Positions 1 through 9,608 of a stretch of DNA of 45,339 nt are shown in pieces; the first letter of the stretch is position 1, and every line of letters starts with the position of its first letter. A program made the position numbers and the translations under genes. The DNA is from Craspedostauros australis (lineage: Eukaryota), in contig JALAGF010006507.1 in the NCBI GenBank assembly GCA_030167865.1, forward strand, positions 1 through 45,339, in the 5' to 3' direction. Below the pieces are notes generated by a model. That model ran no database searches. It saw only the letters and a program-made list of their open reading frames with translations, and was not told where the DNA came from.

Positions 1-3000
1 TGCACCAACAACTGCAGACTCCCACGCTGCGGTGATGGCATCAAGCAAGCCAACGAGCAGTGCGACGATGGAAACAAGGACAACACCGATGGCTGCACCA
101 ACCAATGCAAGTTGGCTCGATGCGGCGATGGTATCAAGCAGGACAACGAACAGTGCGACCTCGGACCAAACAACAACAACGGCCCCAACACCAGCTGCTA
201 CACCGACTGCAAGGTCCCACGCTGTGGTGACAACCGTCTCAACAACAAATCGGGTGAGCAGTGCGATCTCGGAGGCCAGAACTCCAATGGTGCAAACACC
301 AGATGCAACAAGAACTGCAAGCTCCCGCGCTGCGGCGATGGCCTTGTCAACAAGAGGCTCGGCGAGCAGTGCGATCGTGGAGCACAGAACTCTGACGGCC
401 CCAACGCTCAGTGCACGAAGGATTGCAAGCTTCCGGTGTGCGGCGACGGTATCAAGCACAAGGATGAGGAATGCGATGATGGCAACAACGACAACAGTGA
501 TGACTGCACCAACCAATGCAAGACGCCAATATGTGGTGATGGCATCCGCCAAAATGGAGAAGAGTGCGACGATGGCAACAAGAACAACAACGACGCCTGC
601 ACCAACCAATGCAAGCGCGCACGATGTGGCGACGGCATTGTCGGACCGAACGAACAGTGCGACGATGGCAACAAGAACAACGGTGACGCCTGCACCAACC
701 AATGCAAGAAGGCACGGTGTGGTGATGGGTTCAAAGCACCCAATGAAGAGTGCGACGACGGCAACACCAACAGCAACGACAGTTGCACCAACAACTGCAA
801 GAAAGCACGATGTGGCGACGGCATTGTCGGACCTAACGAACAGTGCGATCTCGGATCCCAGAACTCCAATTCCCCTGGTGCACAGTGCACAACCAAGTGC
901 CAGAAGCCAAGATGTGGTGATGGCATCCGTCAAAATGGAGAGGAGTGCGACGATGGCAACAAGAACAACAACGATGGCTGCACCAACCAATGCAAGCGCG
1001 CACGGTGTGGCGATGGCATTGTCGGACCTAACGAACAGTGCGATCTCGGATCCAAGAACTCCAATTCCCCTGGTGCACAGTGCACAACCAAATGCCAGAA
1101 GCCAAGATGTGGTGATGGCATCCGCCAAAATGGAGAGGAGTGCGATGACGGAAACAAGAACAACAACGATGGCTGCNNNNNNNNNNNNNNNNNNNNNNNN
1201 NNNNNNNNNNNNNNNNNNNNNNNNNNNNNNNNNNNNNNNNNNNNNNNNNNNNNNNNNNNNNNNNNNNNNNNNNNNNNNNNNAACCAATGCAAGCGCGCAC
1301 GATGTGGCGATGGCATTGTCGGACCTAACGAACAGTGCGATCTCGGATCCAAGAACTCCAATTCCCCTGGTTCCCTGTGCACAACCAAATGCCAGAAGCC
1401 AAGATGTGGTGATGGCATCCGTCAAAATGGAGAGGAGTGCGACGATGGCAACAAGAACAACAACGATGGCTGCACCAACCAATGCAAGCGCGCACGATGT
1501 GGCGATGGCATTGTCGGACCTAACGAACAGTGCGATCTCGGATCCAAGAACTCCAATTCCGCCAGTTCACAGTGCACAACCAAGTGCCAGAAGCCAAGGT
1601 GTGGTGATGGCATCCGTCAAAATGGAGAGGAGTGCGACGACGGTAACACGAGGACCACCGACAGCTGCACCAACCAATGCAAGCGCGCACGATGTGGCGA
1701 CGGCATCGTCGGACCTAACGAACAGTGCGATCTCGGATCTCGCAACTCCAATTCAGCCGGTGCACAGTGCACAACCAAGTGTCAGAAGCCAAGATGTGGT
1801 GATGGCATCCGCCAAAATGGAGAGGAGTGCGACGACGGAAACAACATCAACAACGATGGCTGCACCAACCAATGCAAGCGCGCAAAATGCGGTGACGGCA
1901 TCGTTGGGCCTCACGAACAGTGTGATCTCGGATCTCGCAACTCCAATTCCGCCAGTTCACAGTGCACAACCAAGTGCCAGAAGCCAAGGTGTGGTGATGG
2001 CATCCGTCAAAATGGAGAGGAGTGCGACGACGGTAACACGAGGACCACCGACAGCTGCACCAATCAATGCAAGCGCGCACGGTGTGGCGACGGCATCGTC
2101 GGACCTAACGAACAGTGTGATCGAGGATCTCACAACTCCAATTCCGCCAGTTCACCGTGCACAACCAAGTGCCAGAAGCCAAGATGTGGCGATGGCATCC
2201 GCCAAAATGGAGAGGAGTGCGACGACGGCAACAAGAACAACAATGACAGCTGCACCAACCAATGCAAGCGCGCACGATGTGGCGATGGAATCACAGGACC
2301 CAACGAACAGTGTGATCTCGGATCTCGCAACTCCAATTCCGCCAGTTCACAGTGCACAACCAAGTGCCAGAAGCCAAGGTGTGGCGATGGCATCCGTCAA
2401 AATGGAGAGGAGTGCGACGACGGTAACACGAGAACCACCGACAGCTGCACCAACCAATGCAAGAAAGCGCGGTGTGGCGACGGCATCGTCGGACCTAACG
2501 AACAGTGTGATCGAGGATCTCACAACTCCAATTCAGCCGGTTCCCAGTGTACAACCAAGTGCCAAAAGCCAAGATGTGGTGATGGTATCCGTCAAAATGG
2601 AGAGGAGTGCGACGACGGCAACACGAAGAACACGGACAGCTGCAGGAACGACTGCAAGAAGGCACGATGCGGTGATGGGATCGTTTCAACTGGCGAAGAG
2701 TGCGATGATGGAAACAATAACAACAATGACGGTTGCGACACCAACTGCAAGAGGCGTGCCATTGTATGCCCGGAGGTGAAGCTCGATTTCAACAACTATC
2801 CCAGTACAGGATTCATCTATGACGAGTGGTGGGGACCCAAGGGCGTCAAGGTGATCGCGAAGGCCAACAACAGAAACGCCGGATACACCCCCCGACCACG
2901 ATCAGGATGCCGATCTGGATCACTCACCTGCTACTGCAAGGACTGGAGGAGCAGCCGCCCTACAAGCTGCCCACGCTGGCAGAACACCAACAACGGCGGA

Positions 3001-3774
3001 GGAGCTGCCCGCGTGTTCGACACATGGAAACCAAGAGGATACAAGCGCGGTACGTACGAGGAGCGCAAGGGATGGAACAACCCGCTCTGCGATGCCAATG
3101 ACAAGTACGCTGGAGATGACGACTTGGGCGCGCCCAACAGATCCTGCGGTGGCCCTGGTATCGGCGACGGAGGCAAGAAGGGCAGGAAGTACCAGAACTG
3201 CCAAAAGCTCGGCAGAGTCCTCATCATCCAGGAGGGCAAGAAGACCTGCCCAGACGACGTCGGCTCCCCAGGAGGAACCATCTCTTTCGAATTCGACACC
3301 AACAGGCTCGGCGGAGTCGAGGTCACACTGGGCAAGTTCATCGACATCGATGACGGACACACGAACCCGATCGTCGATTTCACATTGGTCGGCAGGTCAA
3401 GTCCAACTCCCGGGCTCCGAAAGTACACCCAGATCACAGGAGGCAACGGAGTTTTCGACCTCAGGGTCTCCGTCAAGAACGTCAGACGCGTGCAGATCAG
3501 CTACAGAGGATCCGGCTGCATCGCCGAGGTGCGCTTCCGCCCCAGCAAGTGCCCACGACGTATGCTGCGTGTTGAGGAGGACGGATCGTTCAACCTTGGC
3601 AACTACACCAGCACCGAAGAGTATGACGACTTCCAGGACGACTACGAATCGGAATTCATCCAGCTCGGCGGCTCAGCGCAGGGTCATCAGTACGAAGACA
3701 CTGAGCCAGCCATTGACACCGACCACGTCGTCTACGCCGAGGAGGCTGAGGACATGTTCCCCATGGATGCATAA
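1..3774 (+). CDS. Large cysteine-rich repeat protein (DUF4215 / Myxococcus cysteine-rich repeat type), probably extracellular, with a C-terminal globular domain and acidic tail; 5' end lies outside the window
   Basis: Frame 1 is open from base 1 (CTNNCRLPRCGDG...) to TAA at 3772-3774. Tandem CGDG-x5-E[EQ]CD-x-G-x6/9-C-x3-C units run to about 2750, followed by a non-repetitive domain. The N gap at 1177-1281 keeps the frame. Confidence 0.9.
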   Translation, partial: CTNNCRLPRCGDGIKQANEQCDDGNKDNTDGCTNQCKLARCGDGIKQDNEQCDLGPNNNNGPNTSCYTDCKVPRCGDNRLNNKSGEQCDLGGQNSNGANTRCNKNCKLPRCGDGLVNKRLGEQCDRGAQNSDGPNAQCTKDCKLPVCGDGIKHKDEECDDGNNDNSDDCTNQCKTPICGDGIRQNGEECDDGNKNNNDACTNQCKRARCGDGIVGPNEQCDDGNKNNGDACTNQCKKARCGDGFKAPNEECDDGNTNSNDSCTNNCKKARCGDGIVGPNEQCDLGSQNSNSPGAQCTTKCQKPRCGDGIRQNGEECDDGNKNNNDGCTNQCKRARCGDGIVGPNEQCDLGSKNSNSPGAQCTTKCQKPRCGDGIRQNGEECDDGNKNNNDGCXXXXXXXXXXXXXXXXXXXXXXXXXXXXXXXXXXXNQCKRARCGDGIVGPNEQCDLGSKNSNSPGSLCTTKCQKPRCGDGIRQNGEECDDGNKNNNDGCTNQCKRARCGDGIVGPNEQCDLGSKNSNSASSQCTTKCQKPRCGDGIRQNGEECDDGNTRTTDSCTNQCKRARCGDGIVGPNEQCDLGSRNSNSAGAQCTTKCQKPRCGDGIRQNGEECDDGNNINNDGCTNQCKRAKCGDGIVGPHEQCDLGSRNSNSASSQCTTKCQKPRCGDGIRQNGEECDDGNTRTTDSCTNQCKRARCGDGIVGPNEQCDRGSHNSNSASSPCTTKCQKPRCGDGIRQNGEECDDGNKNNNDSCTNQCKRARCGDGITGPNEQCDLGSRNSNSASSQCTTKCQKPRCGDGIRQNGEECDDGNTRTTDSCTNQCKKARCGDGIVGPNEQCDRGSHNSNSAGSQCTTKCQKPRCGDGIRQNGEECDDGNTKNTDSCRNDCKKARCGDGIVSTGEECDDGNNNNNDGCDTNCKRRAIVCPEVKLDFNNYPSTGFIYDEWWGPKGVKVIAKANNRNAGYTPRPRSGCRSGSLTCYCKDWRSSRPTSCPRWQNTNNGGGAARVFDTWKPRGYKRGTYEERKGWNNPLCDANDKYAGDDDLGAPNRSCGGPGIGDGGKKGRKYQNCQKLGRVLIIQEGKKTCPDDVGSPGGTISFEFDTNRLGGVEVTLGKFIDIDDGHTNPIVDFTLVGRSSPTPGLRKYTQITGGNGVFDLRVSVKNVRRVQISYRGSGCIAEVRFRPSKCPRRMLRVEEDGSFNLGNYTSTEEYDDFQDDYESEFIQLGGSAQGHQYEDTEPAIDTDHVVYAEEAEDMFPMDA
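811..2750 (+). repeat. Coding tandem repeat with a 195-bp unit (31-aa plus 34-aa Cys-rich modules)
   Basis: The CGDGIRQNG codons start at 913 and 1108, then at 1405, 1600, 1795, 1990, 2185, 2380 and 2575, an exact 195-bp spacing on each side of the gap. Confidence 0.95.
1177..1281. other. Assembly gap (105 N) inside the tandem repeat
   Basis: Run of N in the sequence. Confidence 1.
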
Positions 3775-3819
3775 ACACAAGGTATTCTCCAAAACACGAA
3801 GTAATACAAAACTCATAGT

Positions 3820-3854
3820 AACAAACAAACAAACAAACAAACAAACAAACAAAC
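3820..3854 (+). repeat. (AAAC)n microsatellite just downstream of the stop codon
   Basis: About 8 perfect AAAC units. Confidence 0.95.
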
Positions 3855-4742
3855 GAGAATTGACCCTCAAGAGCCAGGTTCCGACATGCGCGCGAGTACT
3901 CTACTCCACTTGACTCGACCTTCCTGAACCTCCCAAATTCATCAGCTGCGGAATTGACGATGGCGACATTCCAACAACGTCACGGTATGCCCTCTACGGG
4001 TCCAGTGTGGCACTCTAATCTGTTGAGATTATTGTGCTGTGTTTCCTCATAGAGTGTGATACTCTGCTTCGCTCTGGCGTGAAGCATTATGACACTATGT
4101 AATGCAATAGTGGTCTAGTTGTGGTTGGGACCTGCATACCCATTATGATTTTCGCCCATGAAGTGTGCGCAGGTTTGAGTAACGGGAAACGAAACAGAGC
4201 AACAAGTTTGTGATCGGGATTTTATGCATGACTAAAAAGTCACCGTCATGCTGAGGAGAAGAGATCCATTCGACTCAAATGCGCAATGTGTGTGCCCAAT
4301 CGAATCACGCCCTCTAAAGTACCGCTCGTGACTGGCAGGTGAGAATTCACTCCGAGCTCTTTCGGCAAACTTCGTTCCGTCAACATCTTTGCAGAGAGGT
4401 GGACACACAGAGACATGTGTCGTGCCATCTGCGAAACACCACGACCGCGTCCTTTTCGTGTGCAGAGAGAGAGAGAGGCCGCGCGAATGCGAACACACAA
4501 ACCAACAGCAACTGGAGAACAAAGGCGCCAGTCTTCCTCTTCCCCACAACAAAGAAACAGAGAAAGAAAGGAACGTGGGCGGGAATGTAATACATATCAT
4601 ATTCTATTTTACTATTCTATTATACGACCTAATACAAGTAGATCAGAATAGGTACATTATTCTCTCCAAACACTCAACTCCTCAGAACTGTCCAACCTCG
4701 GCCTCCTTCCTATCGCAGAACTGTCACCAAGCACGACCCACC

Positions 4743-6596
4743 ATGGCATCGTCAGAGGCAACCGCAGCATCTATGACTGCTGAATCACAATGCAAGGTGC
4801 CCGCCACCAACCAAGCAGCCGGGGCGGTGCGTTCGCATGCGGCGGTGTCAGAAGAATCCGAGGATCACGACGAACAACTGAGCACCAAACGCCGCAAGAT
4901 CGATGCTCCGGCGCCCGTCTCTTCTGACAGCAGTGAAGAGGGCCCCAAACAGGCAAAGTCAAAGGGAGGCGCGGAAATGGACGTGGATGCGGATGCAAAC
5001 AAGTCTGTGACGGATCCAGTCGAAGATTCACCGTCGGTGCGTCCATTCGACGATGTGTGGAACGAGCTGACGTACGACCAGCCCAAGGTGTACGCAGGCC
5101 TGTCCAACCTCTTGGACATGACGGTGGAACATTGGGAGGAACTGATGGAGAGCTGCCCAGAGTACGCGTGGGATCACTGGAAGCACTTCATCTCCAAGTG
5201 GTACTGCGTGAGGATGGGCAAGTCCATTTGGCTCAGCTGGACGGACATTTCATACTCGCAGGAGCAATGGCGTGCTTCGCAGACCGGCGCAGCAGCCGCA
5301 GCGGGCGCCGACTTGGAGCCATGCTTCACGTATGATTCTGTCCACGTTTACATCGACAAGAACGACGTGGATCGGAAGGAGGCAACAGGATTGCTCATGT
5401 CCCTGATGAAATTGATCGAAGCCAGCTGCAAATCTAGCACAACAACGAAGAACAAGACGATGACGGTCAAGTCCTCCACCTTCCTCAGGGAGATTCTCCT
5501 GCAATCCACCATGGATTGTGACAAATTGTGTCTTCAGAACTGCACCATCGGCAACGACGCGCAGATCTCGCGGTGGCTCGCAACTCGTTCCAGCATCTTC
5601 TTTCGAGATTGTTGCTTCGAGCAACAGGGCGATGGGGCCGGCGACAGCAGCGACGACGACGACGACGACGATGGCAGCACCAACAACGTCAATGCCAGTG
5701 ACAAACAGAGCGCTGCTGTGATGGTCAGAAATCTCCCGGGCTCCTGCAAATCCGACGACGCGGCATCCAGCATCTTCCAATCCATCTCAGACAACGCATC
5801 CTCTTTGGAGCATTTGGCGATTTGGAGTCCAAAGGGGCTGTTGGACCACGAGAAGATACCCTTCTTAACCTACGCGATCAAGAAATGCACGAACCTAAAA
5901 AAGCTGGAAATCTGCGACTACGACAATACGATGTCCCAGAAGTCCTGGAACGCCATCGTAGATGCCACAACGAAATGCAAGGTGCTCGAGAAGATTTGCT
6001 TTCGCGGATACAGACCAACACCGTCCCATCGTCGGCAGAACAACAATGGTGATGCGGGTCGGGCAAGTCAGAACGCAGACAACGCTGATGGGCGTGGTAC
6101 GACGGCAAGAGACGAAGGGGAGTGGCTTCGAGGCTTGTGCAAATTGATCGAAAGCAGCCACGATGTGTCCAAGCGGTTGTTTTCCATCACGTACCACTTC
6201 ACGACTACTGAGGGGCACAGCGCTCCCGCGTTCCGCGATCAAAATGCCACAGCGCGCGGTTCTGATGAATTCACACTCGCAGAACGCAAACTCAACACCA
6301 AACAGCTGTGGAGCAGCATGCAGCACAGCGCCGCCATCTCGCATTTGGATTTGAATTGGAATGAATTCGACGACCCTGAAACCCTTGGCAAGCTTACTCA
6401 ACGCATGGATATGAACCGTCTCCACAATATCAGCGAGGTTGTTGCTCTGGACGCGGCAAGGACCGACAACATGGCGCTGCTGGGCCATCTGTTGTGCCAT
6501 TCGTCGGTGAGCAACAACCCAGAGATCATGCTGCACATCATCAGCCTCGCCAATCTCATGATCAAGGATTGTTGGGAGTTGGGCAAAGCTTCCTAG
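4743..6596 (+). CDS. Hypothetical protein with a degenerate leucine-rich repeat / RNI-like region
   Basis: Long ORF. The ATG at 4743 (ccATGg) follows an AT-rich, non-coding-looking leader. LRR-like segments include KLCLQNCTIG, SLEHLAIW, NLKKLEICDY, VLEKICF and ISHLDLNWNEF. STKRRK resembles a nuclear localisation signal. Confidence 0.7.
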   Translation: MASSEATAASMTAESQCKVPATNQAAGAVRSHAAVSEESEDHDEQLSTKRRKIDAPAPVSSDSSEEGPKQAKSKGGAEMDVDADANKSVTDPVEDSPSVRPFDDVWNELTYDQPKVYAGLSNLLDMTVEHWEELMESCPEYAWDHWKHFISKWYCVRMGKSIWLSWTDISYSQEQWRASQTGAAAAAGADLEPCFTYDSVHVYIDKNDVDRKEATGLLMSLMKLIEASCKSSTTTKNKTMTVKSSTFLREILLQSTMDCDKLCLQNCTIGNDAQISRWLATRSSIFFRDCCFEQQGDGAGDSSDDDDDDDGSTNNVNASDKQSAAVMVRNLPGSCKSDDAASSIFQSISDNASSLEHLAIWSPKGLLDHEKIPFLTYAIKKCTNLKKLEICDYDNTMSQKSWNAIVDATTKCKVLEKICFRGYRPTPSHRRQNNNGDAGRASQNADNADGRGTTARDEGEWLRGLCKLIESSHDVSKRLFSITYHFTTTEGHSAPAFRDQNATARGSDEFTLAERKLNTKQLWSSMQHSAAISHLDLNWNEFDDPETLGKLTQRMDMNRLHNISEVVALDAARTDNMALLGHLLCHSSVSNNPEIMLHIISLANLMIKDCWELGKAS

Positions 6597-7026
6597 TTGG
6601 CGGGATGGACTGCAGAAGTAGACGCAGGAGAGTCAAAAGTGGAAAGAGCAGAGCCAACAACACCACACCAGCAGAACAGCGACGAACATGCAAACACAAC
6701 CAGAGCACCAGAACTCTGCCATCGATCGAAGCAACCAACAATAACAACAGAAATACGTAGCAATGCCAACAACATCATAACCGGCGCGGACAGCACCATC
6801 CACGAATGGTCATGCGCCAACGTAATCGAACAAAGGAGAATACTCTTGGCACATTTGGACTAATCTACTCAACGATTCAATGCCATTGTTGGCGCTGAGG
6901 ACTCGGATTTGCAAGCTCTGTTTTAAACCATGATACTCGTGCGTTGCATTCTCCCACAGCATTTCAACTTTGTGTGCTGCTTCGTGTGGAGTAATAGCAT
7001 ACACGTTACCGCAATCGCAATCGCAA

Positions 7027-8457
7027 TCACAATCGCATGAACTCGTCTGCCACGCGGGACAAGATTTCACCTGCCGGACCTTCCAATTTGAGGACGTCCG
7101 GATGACTGCCATCGTCTGGCAACAGCTCCTGCTCCACGCGCGTTGGCCCCACGCTGACGATTGCGATGGGCGTGTCGGATTGGAATGCCGCACGCACATG
7201 CCGAAAGGCGGAATGCACCGCCAGCGACGTCCCGACCACCAAGATCCCATCCGCGGATTGCACTGCCTGCTGGCATTTGGACACGCGATGCTTCGGCACG
7301 GTGTCTCCAAAGAAGACGACGTCGGGCTTGAGGATGCCCGTGCCGCACGACGGACAATGGGGCACGCAGACCTGCGTGAAATCCGTTGACTGAGATATCT
7401 GTGCATCGCCGTCGGGTCGCAGCGCGTCGTTCGGTTGGTGCTGGGACCGCAGCACGTTTTGCAACCAACCTTCGTTGACGTCGTTCAACAATTTCTGGTA
7501 CTCATTGCGCTCCGATGTGGCATCGCACTGCATGCAGCGGATGGTATCGCCACGTCCATGCAATGGCACGACGTGCTGCGAACCGGATCTCTCGTGCAGG
7601 GAGTCGACATTTTGCGTAATCACGGACAGGGACTGCTGACCGGACGAGAAGTAGATGTCGTCAGGGTTGCGATGGAAGCGCTCGGCATCGTCAAACGTGA
7701 CGCCCACCTTGCCGCACTGCTCGAGCTGCGAGATGGCCCGATGCCCGCGGTTGGGTTGCGCTTGATGGAAGGTGGACCAACCCACCATGGATCGACCCCA
7801 GTAGATCTGACGGCGGCGCTCGCTGCTCATGAATTCGGAATGCAAGATGGGCTTGTGACCACGGTGGTAGGATCCATTGTGCCCGCGGTAGTCAGGAATT
7901 CCGGATTCAGTGGAGAGTCCGGCTCCGGTGATGCAAAGCACGGACGATTTGGGCAGCAGCCACTGCGCGAGCTGGTCGGCGTATTGCGTCATCTTGGCTT
8001 CAGATAGCAACGTGCTGGGGTCTGGCGGCGGCTGCTCATCTTTCGATAGCTGACCGATACGACGGTATCGGCGCCGTGGGGTGGGTGAAGCAGACCGAAG
8101 CATCGGCACCGACGATGACGCAGACGTTGATTCCCGAATGCCTGAGCTCTCCTTGGCGATGCTCAACAAACGTGTGCTGTCTCGGCCTCGAGCGAACATC
8201 CGAGCCGACTGGCTGTGAAATTTCACCATCCTAATCTTGTTGAAGCTATTGCTCTGCATGCCTCCGAGGGTTGAGCGCTGGCATGAGTGTGAGGATGAGT
8301 GCGAGGATGAGCGTGAATCCACTCTCCTGTGCGGAAGCCTCGTCGAATGCGTTGCGTGGGTTGGCGCGGGAAGTAGAGGCCGCAAAGACGACGCTGCTGT
8401 GATGTGGATTGCGAGCACAGCAAGGCAGAACAGATGAGTGAATCGAATGGAAGGCAT
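7027..8457 (-). CDS. SIRT4: NAD-dependent protein deacylase, sirtuin class II (SIRT4-like), with an N-terminal presequence
   Basis: Motifs TGAGLSTESGIPDYRG, RQIYWGRS, TQNVDSLH, PLHG, Zn ligands CMQC and CPSC, RPDGDA, LKPDVVFFGD and GTSLAVHSAFR. Confidence 0.93.
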   Translation of the reverse strand: MPSIRFTHLFCLAVLAIHITAASSLRPLLPAPTHATHSTRLPHRRVDSRSSSHSSSHSCQRSTLGGMQSNSFNKIRMVKFHSQSARMFARGRDSTRLLSIAKESSGIRESTSASSSVPMLRSASPTPRRRYRRIGQLSKDEQPPPDPSTLLSEAKMTQYADQLAQWLLPKSSVLCITGAGLSTESGIPDYRGHNGSYHRGHKPILHSEFMSSERRRQIYWGRSMVGWSTFHQAQPNRGHRAISQLEQCGKVGVTFDDAERFHRNPDDIYFSSGQQSLSVITQNVDSLHERSGSQHVVPLHGRGDTIRCMQCDATSERNEYQKLLNDVNEGWLQNVLRSQHQPNDALRPDGDAQISQSTDFTQVCVPHCPSCGTGILKPDVVFFGDTVPKHRVSKCQQAVQSADGILVVGTSLAVHSAFRHVRAAFQSDTPIAIVSVGPTRVEQELLPDDGSHPDVLKLEGPAGEILSRVADEFMRL

Positions 8458-9608
8458 CAGCCGCAGTACCGAGGCATGGGTAGGGTGGAGTGGGGTAGAG
8501 CGGAGTGAAGCGAAGTGGTGTTTGCGAGAGACGCCGCTTCAGATGAGCATCCACAGAGAGGCAACAAACGAAGTTGATGGAGCAAGGGGACAGAGAGACG
8601 GAAAGATGCGCAGCCGAACCTTTGGATGCAACCACGTTTCGGAATGAGCCAATCGAGTTGGAATTCATACTGGGACAGACTAGTTGCAAACGTCTTGTGT
8701 CCTACTTTGATACTCGAGAATAGCATCACACAGCATTCTGACCCACGGTCATGACACCCTCCTTCTCTTTTTCCTCCCCGTCCTTTAATCATTACCTGTA
8801 TCTGCACCATGATCAATCTGATCCATACACTCTGCGCGCTCCTGATCTTTTGAATTGCAAACCTTCTCGATTCCTTTTTGAACTGTTAAACAATACCAAC
8901 AGCATCATGACGGCAATGCATGGGAGACCCAACCTGCTTCAACGACGGGAGGGAATTCAATGGCAAATTCCGACAACAACTGCAACAGAAACTATTACTT
9001 GGTTGCAACTGCAACAGAATGATATAATATTATATGTGATATGATCAATTATCCATTGCAGGACAACAACAGATTGAAGACGGAGTAGAAGAAGCAGTAG
9101 TCTGCCCTCAACACACTGAACCATGAGGATGAGTGCAGAGTCATGGCAACTGTGTGAACATCGTTTCTTCATCCAACTATTACAACTAACTAATTCAAAC
9201 AACACACAGAGGCAAGAGATTAGTACAACCAACATCACTCTTATTCATGGTTCTATCACTATTTCTCTACTTTGTAAAGCATGCTCCATGTGAACTGCAT
9301 CAAACAGGGTTTCTGCAGTTTGCAAGGCTCTTCTTACGACCCATAGCAGTGAAGAGGACACGAATTCGACTCAACGCAGGTCAACACGCTAAGTGTGTAG
9401 CTCGTACTGCTCTCTGGATGGCAGGGTGCCTTGTACGAAAGATAAAATGCACGAAAGATAAAATGCTCCAATGACAAGCACGATACGAGCTACGACTCTC
9501 ATGTCATCTAGAGTATGATATCATGCTGTACGTTCATGATCCTATAATGCCAATTATAAGAATGACATCATCACCAAGGACAGTGCAGAAAACCTACTCA
9601 ACTCTGCT

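Noticed and set aside
811..2750. Regularly spaced direct repeats resembling a CRISPR array
   Set aside because: The units are contiguous, in frame and coding, with no unique spacers and no cas genes, in a eukaryotic context.
32..2779. 915-aa Thr/Ser/Ala-rich, mucin-looking ORF in frame 2
   Set aside because: It is a shadow of the repeat gene. Stops in this frame need NTA or NTG codons in the true frame, which the repeat avoids (ATC, GTC, CTC, no Met). The ORF ends as soon as the repeat ends.
4389..4742. N-terminal extension of the 735-aa ORF
   Set aside because: It starts at a non-ATG codon and crosses AG repeats and AT-rich sequence. ATG 4743 is the better start.
7027..8457. Sirtuin as part of a SIR2-based antiviral defence system
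   Set aside because: It is a zinc-binding class II deacylase with a targeting presequence among housekeeping genes, not a defence-type SIR2 NADase.
8460..9600. AT-rich interval with several short ORFs
   Set aside because: No coding bias, motifs, terminal repeats or RNA-gene signature were seen, so it is treated as intergenic.
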